A stretch of DNA of 64,000 nucleotides, from the NCBI GenBank assembly GCA_951406725.2, contig OX597826.1, forward strand, positions 42,718,001 to 42,782,000, in the 5' to 3' direction. The stretch is from Octopus vulgaris (Eukaryota). Shown one piece after another: positions 52,792 to 62,550 of this stretch (position 1 is its first letter; the number at the start of each line of letters is the position of its first letter). The notes beneath the pieces are model-generated. The model searched no databases. It was not told where the DNA came from and saw only the letters and a program-made list of their open reading frames with translations. A program made the translations under genes and the position numbers.

Positions 52792-54137
52792 TTATTTGGA
52801 TGCTTATATATATACATATATACATATCATCATCATCATCATCATCATCGTTTAACGTCCGTTCTCCATGCTAGCATGGGTTGGACGGTTCGACCGGGGT
52901 TCTGGGAAGCCAGAAGGCTGCACCAGGCTCCAGTCTAATCTGGCAATGTTTCTACAGCTGGATGCCCTTCCTAACGCCAACCACTCCGTGTATATATATA
53001 TACACTTTAATGGATGCATATATAATATATATATATATATACATGTATATATATATGATGATGATATATACACAAACACACATATAATATAAAATATATA
53101 ACATACATTTCACATAAATCTGTAGAAATCACTTTCTGTCATATACCTGTGTGTGTGTGTATACATGTATGTATATATATATATATATACATGCATAGAT
53201 ATGCACATCTTTCACTCACCCTCTCTGTATCTGTATATAACTCTATCTAGTTTTTGTATTATTTTCGAATGTGCCTTCATTTCAGCTACTCTGTATCATT
53301 GCTGTTTATCCAATTTTCAAAAAAATACTTTTATTGTGCTTTCTGCTAACTATTTTGTTGATAAATACATTTACTATCATTGCAAAGTATTATTGTTTGA
53401 CTCTGTGTGTTTCTGAATGTATATACATGTATGCATACATACAAGCACACGTACACATGCATGTGCACACACACACACACATGCATATGTACACACACAT
53501 GTGCATGTTTGTGTGCTTGTATGGGTGCATGTGTGTATATATATAATTGTGTATGAGACGGCAAGCTGGCAGAAACGTTAGCATGCTGGGTGAAATGCTT
53601 AGCAGTATTTCGTCTGTTGCTACGATCTGAGTTCAAATTCCGCCGAGTTCGACTTTGCCTTTCATCCTTTCGGGGTTGATAAATAAAGTACTAGTTACAC
53701 ACTGGGGTCGATATAATCTACTTAATCCCTTTTTCTGTCCTTGTTTGTCCCCTCTATGTTTAGCCCCTTGTGGGCAATAAAGAAATATATATAATTGTGT
53801 ATATATAATTAAGGATAACATTAAAAAAATGCATGATTTTACCAGTGGTCAGCATAGAAAAAAACACCCATATTTCTAAAATTAGTATCATCATCATCAT
53901 CATCATCATCATCGTTTAACGTCCGCTTTCCGCGCTAGCACGGGTTGGACGGTTTGACCGGGTCTGGGAAGCCAGGGGCCGCTCCAGGCTCCAGTCTGAA
54001 TCTGGCAGAGTTTCTACGGCTGGATGCCCTTCCTAACGCCAACCACTCCGTGAGTGGATTGGGTGCTTTTTACGTGCCACCTGCACAGGGGCCGGAGGGT
54101 CCGGCATCGTCACGATCGGTTCGAGCATTTTAACGTG

Positions 54138-57100
54138 TCAGCGGCACGGGGGCAACGAGGTCCGGGGTACTTTGGGGATCGGGGTACTTTGGGGATCCAG
54201 GGTACTTTGGGGATCCGGGGTGCTTAGAATGGGTAGGGGATATGTGGAATTGCTGCAGAAAGCAGCCCGGGTCTTTGTAGTCACAGCATATCTCCAGAGA
54301 TCTCGGTCCTTCGCCATTGCCTCAGTGAGGCCCAATGCTCTGAGGTCATGCTTGACCACCTCATCCCATGTCTTCCTGGGTCTACCTCTCCCCCTGATAC
54401 CTTCAACTGTTTGGGAGTGGCACTTCTTCACACATCTCTCTTCATCCATCCGCAGCACATGACCATACCATCGCAAGCGTCGCTCTTGCACACCACATCT
54501 GATGCTTCTTATATCCAGCATTTCTCTCAGGATACTTACACTCTGTTTTGCGTGCACACTGACACTACACATCCAGCAGATCATGCTAGCTTCATTTCTT
54601 TCAAGTCTACGCATGTCTTCTGCAGTCACAGCCCATGTTTCATTACCGTGAAGCATGGCAGTTCGCACACATGCATCATACAATCTACCTTTTGCTCTGA
54701 GGGAGAGACCTTTTGTTGCCAGTAGGGGTAGGAGCTTTCTGAACTTTGCCCAGGCTATTCGTATTCTAGTGGTGATACTCTCTGTGCATCCACCTCCGCT
54801 ACTAACTTGGTCTCCCAGGTAGCGGAAACTATCAACTACTTCTAGTTTCTCTCCCTGGAGTGTGATGGAATCTGTTTTCTGAGTGTCTGTTGTGTCTATT
54901 GTCCCTGTGCATCTGCCGCACATGAAAGCTATCTTATCTGTTAATTTCCCTTTAATGTTGCTGCACCTCTTATGTGTCCATAACTTACATTGGGTGCATC
55001 TTATGGAGTTTCTACCTGTACCTTTCCTACAGGTTGAGCAGGGCCACCTACCCGAGGGGATGTGTGCTGAGTACCTCTTGCTGCTTACTAATACTTTGGT
55101 CTTTGCTACATTTATTCTAAGGCCCTTTGATTCCAACCCTTGCTTCCACACCCGAAATTTCTCTTCTAGTTCCGGTAGTGATTCTGCTATGAGAGCTAGG
55201 TCATCGGCATAGAGGAGCTCCCAGGGGCATCCCGTTTTGAATTCCTCTGTTATTGCCTGAAGGACTATGATGAATAAAAGGGGACTGAGGGCTGAACCCT
55301 GGTGCACACCTACTTCTACTCGGAATTCTTCACTATATTCGTTGCCAATCCTAACCTTGCTGACAGCCTCTCTGTATAGAGCCTGTACAGCCCTTATTAG
55401 CCATTCTTCAATCTCCAGTTTCCGCATCGACCACCAGATAAGGGAACGGGGAACCCTGTCAAAGGCTTTCTCCAAGTCTACAAAAGCTATGTAGAGGGGT
55501 TTATCTTTAGCTAGGTACTTCTCCTGCAGTTGTCGGACCAGGAATATAGCATCAGTGGTGCTTCTACCTGGTACAAAACCGAACTGCATTTCATCTAAAC
55601 AAATTCTCTCCCTAATGAGATTGGTTATGACCTTCTCTGAGACCTTCATCACCTGGTCCAACAGTTTGATACCTCTGTAGTTATTTCTATCTAGAGCATC
55701 ACCCTTACCCTTGTAGCAGTTGACTATGGTGCTGCTGTACCAGTCATTGGGTATGGCTCCATTGTGAACTACCTGGTTTACAATGCGGGTGACTATGGCA
55801 TGGCCCACATAGCCAGCTGCTGTTTTAAGCATCTCAGCAGTGATTCCTGATAGGCCAGGGGCTTTGCCTGGTTTCATATCCTTAATTGCCTTATCTACAA
55901 GGGAGCTGTCTATTCGGGTAGCTGGTCCCTCTACTGGGTCAACATTTGGCAGGCTCTCCTCCTCCCATTCATTCTCCTCATTCAGCAGTCTTTCATAATG
56001 GCTTCTCCAAGCCTCTTTCTTTTCACTAGTAGTAAAAGCAAGTGCCCCATCATCCATGCGGACACATTTCTCTCCTATAACATCGCTATTTTCTCTGACA
56101 CACTGTCTGGCAATCCGAAATACTTCAGCTCTTTGATCCTCGCGACGCTGGACATTGGCAAACTTCTTCTTTTCTGCTACATCTTTGGCAATGTATACCT
56201 GCCGCCCAGCCTCCCTTTTGGCTATCTGGTACAGTTCCCTGCTGCCCCCATCCTTCCAGGCTTTCCAGGCCCGTCTCTTTTCACAGATGGCTTTATCTAC
56301 TGCACTATTCCACCACCACGTAATTCTAGGTCTGGAAGGGACTTTGCACCATCCACAAACTTGGTCTGTGGCACTCAACAAGCTGTCCCGTAGGAATTCC
56401 CAGCTACCTTCTATGTCTGACGTCTGAACCTCCTCTTCCCTCTCATCAAATTTCTTGATGAGTATGTCCCTAAATTTCTGACCATGCGAAGGGTTCTTTA
56501 GCCTCCAAATCCTTCTTTTCTGGATTGGTTTGTTTCTTGGAGTCCTTCTGGCCTCAAGCTTAAAGTCACTGATGATTAGTCTATGCTGAGGGATACATTC
56601 TTCACCCGGGAGGGTCTTTGTATTCAAGAGCAACCCTGCATCCCGTTGTCTGGTGAGGATGAAGTCTATTTGGCTAGCGGAGTCTCCTGACTGATAAGTT
56701 ATAAGGTGGCAGACTGGCTTCTTGAAGTTAGTGTTGCAGATTGAAAGGTTACATGCATCACAGAATTCCAGCAGTCTAGTTCCCTCATCATTTCTGGTGC
56801 CAATACCATAGCCACCATGTACCCCAGTGAAGATACCCGATTCCCACCCAACATGCCCATTAAAATCTCCACCTACAAAGATGAGGTCCTTGTTACTAGT
56901 CTTTGAAGTAGCCTGCAGAAGGGTATCATAAAAATTGTCCTTCTGATCATTTGGTAGTCCCGCTTGTGGGGCATAGGCTGAGATAATCATAGCTGTGCCA
57001 CTCTGTAGGACCAACCTGAGCTTAAGCACTCTATCACAAACCCTGACAACCTCTATGACCTTATCCACCCATTCCTCCGCAAGGAGAATGCCTACACCCC

Positions 57101-57260
57101 CTACACCTTCCGCGTTACCTTGCCAGTAGAGTTTGTATCTAAGTGCCTTGCCCGTGAGGACCCTAGCCGAAGCATCTCTCCATCTTACCTCTTGTATGCA
57201 GCATACATCAACCTGTCTTCTCTCTAGCATCTCTACAATCTCACTAGACTTGCCTGTCAA
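54138..57260 (-). CDS. RTE ORF: APE endonuclease, reverse transcriptase and PHD-like finger
   Basis: CIQEVRW, GDFNGHVG, QIDFIL, QHRLI; NYRGIKL, QFGFVPGRST, FVDLEKAFD, GVHQGSALSPLLF, YADD, FRYLG; frame stays open upstream to ~57429 without an ATG. Confidence 0.95.
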   Translation of the reverse strand: MTGKSSEIVEMLERRQVDVCCIQEVRWRDASARVLTGKALRYKLYWQGNAEGVGGVGILLAEEWVDKVIEVVRVCDRVLKLRLVLQSGTAMIISAYAPQAGLPNDQKDNFYDTLLQATSKTSNKDLIFVGGDFNGHVGWESGIFTGVHGGYGIGTRNDEGTRLLEFCDACNLSICNTNFKKPVCHLITYQSGDSASQIDFILTRQRDAGLLLNTKTLPGEECIPQHRLIISDFKLEARRTPRNKPIQKRRIWRLKNPSHGQKFRDILIKKFDEREEEVQTSDIEGSWEFLRDSLLSATDQVCGWCKVPSRPRITWWWNSAVDKAICEKRRAWKAWKDGGSRELYQIAKREAGRQVYIAKDVAEKKKFANVQRREDQRAEVFRIARQCVRENSDVIGEKCVRMDDGALAFTTSEKKEAWRSHYERLLNEENEWEEESLPNVDPVEGPATRIDSSLVDKAIKDMKPGKAPGLSGITAEMLKTAAGYVGHAIVTRIVNQVVHNGAIPNDWYSSTIVNCYKGKGDALDRNNYRGIKLLDQVMKVSEKVITNLIRERICLDEMQFGFVPGRSTTDAIFLVRQLQEKYLAKDKPLYIAFVDLEKAFDRVPRSLIWWSMRKLEIEEWLIRAVQALYREAVSKVRIGNEYSEEFRVEVGVHQGSALSPLLFIIVLQAITEEFKTGCPWELLYADDLALIAESLPELEEKFRVWKQGLESKGLRINVAKTKVLVSSKRYSAHIPSGRWPCSTCRKGTGRNSIRCTQCKLWTHKRCSNIKGKLTDKIAFMCGRCTGTIDTTDTQKTDSITLQGEKLEVVDSFRYLGDQVSSGGGCTESITTRIRIAWAKFRKLLPLLATKGLSLRAKGRLYDACVRTAMLHGNETWAVTAEDMRRLERNEASMICWMCSVSVHAKQSVSILREMLDIRSIRCGVQERRLRWYGHVLRMDEERCVKKCHSQTVEGIRGRGRPRKTWDEVVKHDLRALGLTEAMAKDRDLWRYAVTTKTRAAFCSNSTYPLPILSTPDPQSTLDPQSTPIPKVPRTSLPPCR

Positions 57261-57568
57261 TGTACCAACATTGATAGTGCCAACTCTGAAAACTGGGAAG
57301 GAGATGTGGGGGGGACGGGGGGATTCGGCGCCTGAGAAGAGGAGGGTTGTAGTGGTGGTGATAATTTTCGTGGTATTTTTCTTTTGATCTCTCTTCCAAC
57401 CTGACCACGCCGTGGGCAGGAGCTGGTGTTAGCAGTGGACATTCGTTATCATCACTGAGTAACGTAATTAGGTAGAGGAAAGAAATACAGATATTCTAGA
57501 GTTGAGTTGGGGAGGGGGGGGTCCAGTTGAGGCGGGTAATATAGGGGAGCAACCAGTGGGGAAGGTTG

Positions 57569-57596
57569 GGGTTAGGGTTAGGGTTAGGGTTAGGGT
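57569..57596 (+). repeat. Telomere-like (TTAGGG)4 inside the RTE 5' region
   Basis: GGGTTAGGGTTAGGGTTAGGGTTAGGGT. Confidence 0.9.
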
Positions 57597-58489
57597 AAGG
57601 AGGAACGATGGCAGGAAGGGTTGGTGTAGGTTCCTAAGAAATAAAAACGTAGGATATTACGAGGCGGGAGGGTACTAAAAGGGGATGGTCAGATTGAGGC
57701 AGTGTCAGGAGGAAGCGTAAGATCGGTGGGCAGTTGATGAGCTATGGCGCTAGCAGCTTGTCTTTTCACAGTGAAAGCATATGAGGAGAAGGGGTAGTGG
57801 GGGGAGGAGGAGGGAGTAGGGCGTACCCGGTGTAGATGAGTAGGGCGTATCCGGTGTAGATGGTGAGAACAGGGTATACTGGTATTGGTGGTGGGGGGTG
57901 AGAACAGTGTTCACCGGTATTGGTGGTGGCGGTGAGAACAGTGTTCACCGGTATTGGTGGTGGGGGTGAGAACAGTGTTCATCGGTATTGGTGGTGGGGG
58001 TGGGGGCGGGCGCACCGCCAATGGCGGAAAGAAGGAAAAGATGGGATTACGGCTTGAGGTAGCCTAAGGTTAAATTTTGTAGAGAGAGAGATAGGAAAGA
58101 TAAATCAAGTTATGGCGAAGGCTTGAAAGTAGCCTAAAAGGTTAAATTTTCGTAAATTTTCGATGGGTAAGACGAATCAAGTTATCAATGTATGAATAAA
58201 CGTAGTAACAACGAATAAAAATAGTAAGATAAATTTTTTTAAGAACTTGCTGCGGGCATCGACCGGGAGTTGAAATTGAAGAAGAAGTAAGTTGAATTGG
58301 GAATTTAAATTGCAGAATCGTAATGGTAATGGCGATTTTCAAGTTTTAGCATAAGAAGAAGAAGAGGAGGAAAGACCGCCAATGGCGGAAAGAAGGGAAA
58401 AGATGGGATTACGGCTTGAGGTAGCCTAAGGTTAAATTTTGTAGAGAGAGAGATAGGAAAGATAAATCAAGTATATATATATATATATA

Positions 58490-59378
58490 TATGAGGGGAG
58501 ACTGACTTGGAAATGCCACTATGAAAGGTTGCTAAATGAAAAGAATGAATGGGAGAGAGTCTGCTAAATGTCAACCCAACAGAAGTACCATCTATCCAAA
58601 TTAACAGTACCTTGATAGATAAAGCAATTAAGGGTATGAAGACAGGGATAGCCCCTGACCCATCAGGAATCACTGCAGAGATGCTTAAAATATCTGGTAG
58701 TGTCAGCTATAGTCTTGTCACCTGTATAGTCAATCAGGTGATACATGAAGGAGTCATACCCAGTGACTAGTGTAGCAGCACCATAGTCAACTGCTACAAA
58801 GGTAAAGGTGACACATTAGATACAAATAATTACAGAGGTATCAAATTGTTGGATCAGGTGATGAAAGTCATGGAGAGGGTCATAGCCCAACTAATTAAAG
58901 AGAGAGTTAGTTTAGACGAGATGCAGTTTGAGTTTGTGTCTGGAAGAAGCACCACTGATGCCATATTTCTGGTAAGACACATACCATATTTCTGGTAAGA
59001 CAGACAAAGATAAACCTCTGTACTTGGCTTTCATTGACATGGAGAAAGCCTTTGACAGGGTCCTCCAATCCCTTACCTGGTGGTCAATACAGAAACTATG
59101 GATAGATGAGTGGTTAGTGAGAGCTGTACAAGCCATGTACAGGGATGCTGTCAGTAAGGTGAGGGTTGGCAACGAGTATAGTGAAGAATTCCGGGTAGAG
59201 GTAGGGGTCCACCAAGGATCAGTCCTCAGTCCTCTTTTATTCATCATAGTCCTCCATGCAATAACAGAGGAATTCAAGACAGGATGCCCCTGGGAGCTCC
59301 TCTTTGCTGATGACCTTGCTGAGTCACTATCAGAACTAGAGGAGAAGTTTCAGGTGTGGAAGCAAGGTCTAGAATAGA
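58490..59378 (+). pseudogene. Decayed internal RTE RT fragment
   Basis: NYRGIKLLDQVMK, FIDMEKAFD, GVHQGSVLSPLLF, FADDL, with stops and frameshifts. Confidence 0.9.
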
Positions 59379-59581
59379 CGAAATAACATGAATCTTGGAA
59401 GGCAACACTGGAAGTCTATGACTTATTTCCCCTTCCTATACCTAATCCATTTTACTAAGTTGTACTCCTCTCACACTAAAGTTTTGCTCCTATTCTTCTT
59501 ATGCTCTCTTCAATAAGAAAAATATACTGTACCTATTGGTAGCTGATTCTTGTATGTATTGGCTCTCCTAACCATTTAGAC

Positions 59582-59705
59582 CCTCTGATGAAGCCTAGAG
59601 GCACACTCAACATCCAAACTTTATCTACCCATCCCTACAGAACACGAAAGAGATAGTGATAAGCATGGAGGATATTGTGGCCTCTTGGCTGAAACGGCTG
59701 TAAGG
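59582..59705 (+). ncRNA. Type I hammerhead ribozyme with greatly extended stem II
   Basis: CCT-CTGATGA-AGCCTAGAGGCACA-(~70 nt)-TGTGGCCTCTTGGCT-GAAAC-GGCT-GTA-AGG; GUA cleavage triplet ending at 59702. Confidence 0.7.
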
Positions 59706-60565
59706 AACTGATCTTTTACTAGTTTATGTATTAAGAGTACATATGTATGTAACACACAGTTTTGCATGTGTATGTATTCTTATAATACTTCCTTATGTTT
59801 TAGAATAAATAGACATAGTAGAATGTCTACTGGCTGATGTATGTCATTTTTGCAACCCCTCCATTTTCTTTTTTGCCGTATAAATTAAGGGTAAACCACT
59901 TTTTACCCCTTCCCATGTATGACACTCGATTGCGAAATTGCCATGCAATAATCAACACTTGGGTATTAATAATTGGGTACACTACCAGCAATATATTGGA
60001 TAGATACTATCCCTTAGTTGGTTGGCTTACCAACCTCTAACTCTCACGGAAATATTCATACATATACATGCATGCACACATACACACACTCATATATACA
60101 TACACATATATATGCATATGTATGTATTTATATATGTATACATAATGTATGTTATATAATTTGTTGATAGTAAATTCAATGCTTTACTGGTTGAATGCAA
60201 TCAAACTATCATTTAAAGATACCATATAAGTTAAATTTTGGAGTCACTGTCAAGAAATTATGATGAATATTAACCTCTACATATGTGCCAAGTCTTTTAA
60301 TTGGTTTATATTCTTTTTTTATTTATATATTTATAAGCTCATATCTTTAACTGTAAAGATGTGTGTGTGTGTGCGCGTAGATACACATACATACTCTTTT
60401 GCTTTTACTCATTTCAGTTATTGGACCTTAGCCAAGTTGGTGAAGCATCTTGAAAGATTTAGCAGATTGTACCAACCTCAAGTACTTCATCTATTACTTA
60501 TTTTTATCTGCCTTTGAACTGAGAATTTAAAAGGACATATCCAAGTCCCTTTAACACTTCCTGAA

Positions 60566-61153
60566 ATGTATGCAGAGTTACAGTGTCAAACACAAGAAGA
60601 GAGATTGCAACGTGAGTTAAATATCACATTTTACAACCTAGACAAACAACGACAAGTCATGCTTCAGGGAATAACATGTGACCAACACAAATGGAGAAAA
60701 AAGTTGCTAAAATACCAACTACAAATAGAAATTAACAAATTTAACAATCTTTTCAGTGACAAACCGCAAGAAACAGTGCGACAGATGACATCCTTGTCTC
60801 AGAATCTTACCCAAAAGTCAGAGCAAGATATTCTTTTAAATCTGAAGAAAGTAGGTGACAGCTGTGATGCCAACCAGGGCAAACGGTTGCGTAGGGTTTT
60901 ATTCAGCAAATATATGAACCAAGTATTTAATCGTTCCACTGGAGCGCGATCCGTTAACCAGACACGTCAACTTCATTCCAGTGATGGAACTACATCTTCC
61001 CAACAAGGAAATAATGCATTTTTGCGGGACGCTACCAGGTTATCTTCATTTGGATACAGACGGAATATTGACAAGTCAGAGATTTTCAGTGGGAAAAGTG
61101 TACAGCTACCAAAACTTGTTAACACTAATGGGAGGGAAAACAGATCTCACTGA
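60566..61153 (+). CDS. Orphan protein, 195 aa, predicted N-terminal coiled coil
   Basis: ATG-started, stop-free, non-repetitive ORF; helical EERLQRELNITFYNLDKQRQ..DQHKWRKKL segment. Confidence 0.6.
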   Translation: MYAELQCQTQEERLQRELNITFYNLDKQRQVMLQGITCDQHKWRKKLLKYQLQIEINKFNNLFSDKPQETVRQMTSLSQNLTQKSEQDILLNLKKVGDSCDANQGKRLRRVLFSKYMNQVFNRSTGARSVNQTRQLHSSDGTTSSQQGNNAFLRDATRLSSFGYRRNIDKSEIFSGKSVQLPKLVNTNGRENRSH

Positions 61154-61508
61154 GAATGATGGAGGTTACAAGAAACAAAAAAAAAAAAAGAATAATGACA
61201 ACAGTCACATCAATATCATCATCATAGTCGTCATCAGCAACAACAGTTATAACATTATCAACAACAACAACAACAAAAGCAGCATGGCATCATGGGTGCC
61301 TTCTACTTATCCTGGGCAAACTAATGCCTTGTGAGGCAATTTGGTAAACAGAAACTGCCAGGAACTGTTGTGGAAAAAGAACTTTAAATGATGATGATAG
61401 TGATGATGATGATACACACACGTGTGTATATATATATGTATGCACATACATACATACATACAAACATACATACATACATACACACACACGCATACATACA
61501 TACATACA

Positions 61509-61539
<31 letters not shown>

Positions 61540-61886
61540 GTATGTTTATACATGTATATATATTGCTGATGCCATAAAAATTTATAAACTTTTAAGTGAA
61601 CATGGAATTGGATCTCGAAGTATATATAAAGCTATAAATGATAGCATGTAAATATTGGATTGCAAAACCTTTCTGGATAGAAAAAGTCAAAGGCTGACTT
61701 TGACATTTTCTATTATAGCTTTTATGAACTTCAAAACCCAATTCCAATATATATATATATATACTTTTAAGGTTATCTCAATAGATTTCTTAAAGAATCC
61801 AAAGCAAGCACTGCAAGTTACAACACTTTGTAAACATATGCGTCTTTGTAAACAATGTGATCAAAGATAGGAAAAATAGATAATGG

Positions 61887-61929
61887 GTGTATATACATAT
61901 TTCGAGAGTTATTGCTCTTTCATCAGCAC
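61887..61929 (-). ncRNA. Minimal type I hammerhead ribozyme (canonical core), same family as 2521-2573
   Basis: GTG-CTGATGA-A-AGAG-CAATAA-CTCT-C-GAAA-TATGTATA-TA-CAC; flanks similar to 2440-2640. Confidence 0.65.
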
Positions 61930-62254
61930 TACAACTAACCCATCAACTATCCATGATCACATTGTTTAAATACCAACTAAACTGTGATTGCCTTGTTTAC
62001 ATAGATCTATTTGTTTATGAAACATCATAACTTATAGTGCTGGCTTCAAATTCTATAGGAAATCTGAAGAGATAAACTGAAAAGTGAGTACATTGCATTA
62101 CTAACACAAGATAAGACACAATATTGACTTGTAAACATCTAATATACTTGGTAGTATATTATAGTTGCAAAAAAAAATACTGTCTTTGCCAGTAATTAAT
62201 ATATGTGTGTGTGTGCAAAGGGAATGTTGTTTAGTGTTGTGTTTATTTATTTAT

Positions 62255-62550
62255 GCGTCCTTTTCAAGCCTAGCCAGGCTCATGGGCCCGGTTTCCGGGT
62301 TTCTGTGGCGTAATGCTGGACGGGATGCCAGTCCATTGCAGCGTTACTCAAGAAACAGGGAGAAAGGGTGAGAGAAAGTTGGTGTGAAAGAGTACAACAG
62401 GGGTCGCCCCCCCCCCCCCCTGCCGGAGCCTCGTGTAGCTTTTTAGGTGTTTTCGGTCAATAAACACACACAGTGTCTGGTTTGGGAATTGAAATCGCGA
62501 TCGTCTGACCGCGAGTCCGCTGTCCTAACCATTGGGCCATTGTGCCTCCA
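62255..62550 (-). mobile_element. SINE family C
   Basis: Reverse copy of 30528-30830. Confidence 0.8.

Larger units (their letters stand above)
53887..58471 (-). mobile_element. Near-full-length RTE-clade LINE
   Basis: ~1-kb structured 5' region, single long ORF, 3' UTR shared with many local fragments, (ATG)n tail. Confidence 0.92.

Noticed and set aside
57569-57596. True telomere or fusion site
   Set aside because: Only four units, internal to a retroelement-associated region
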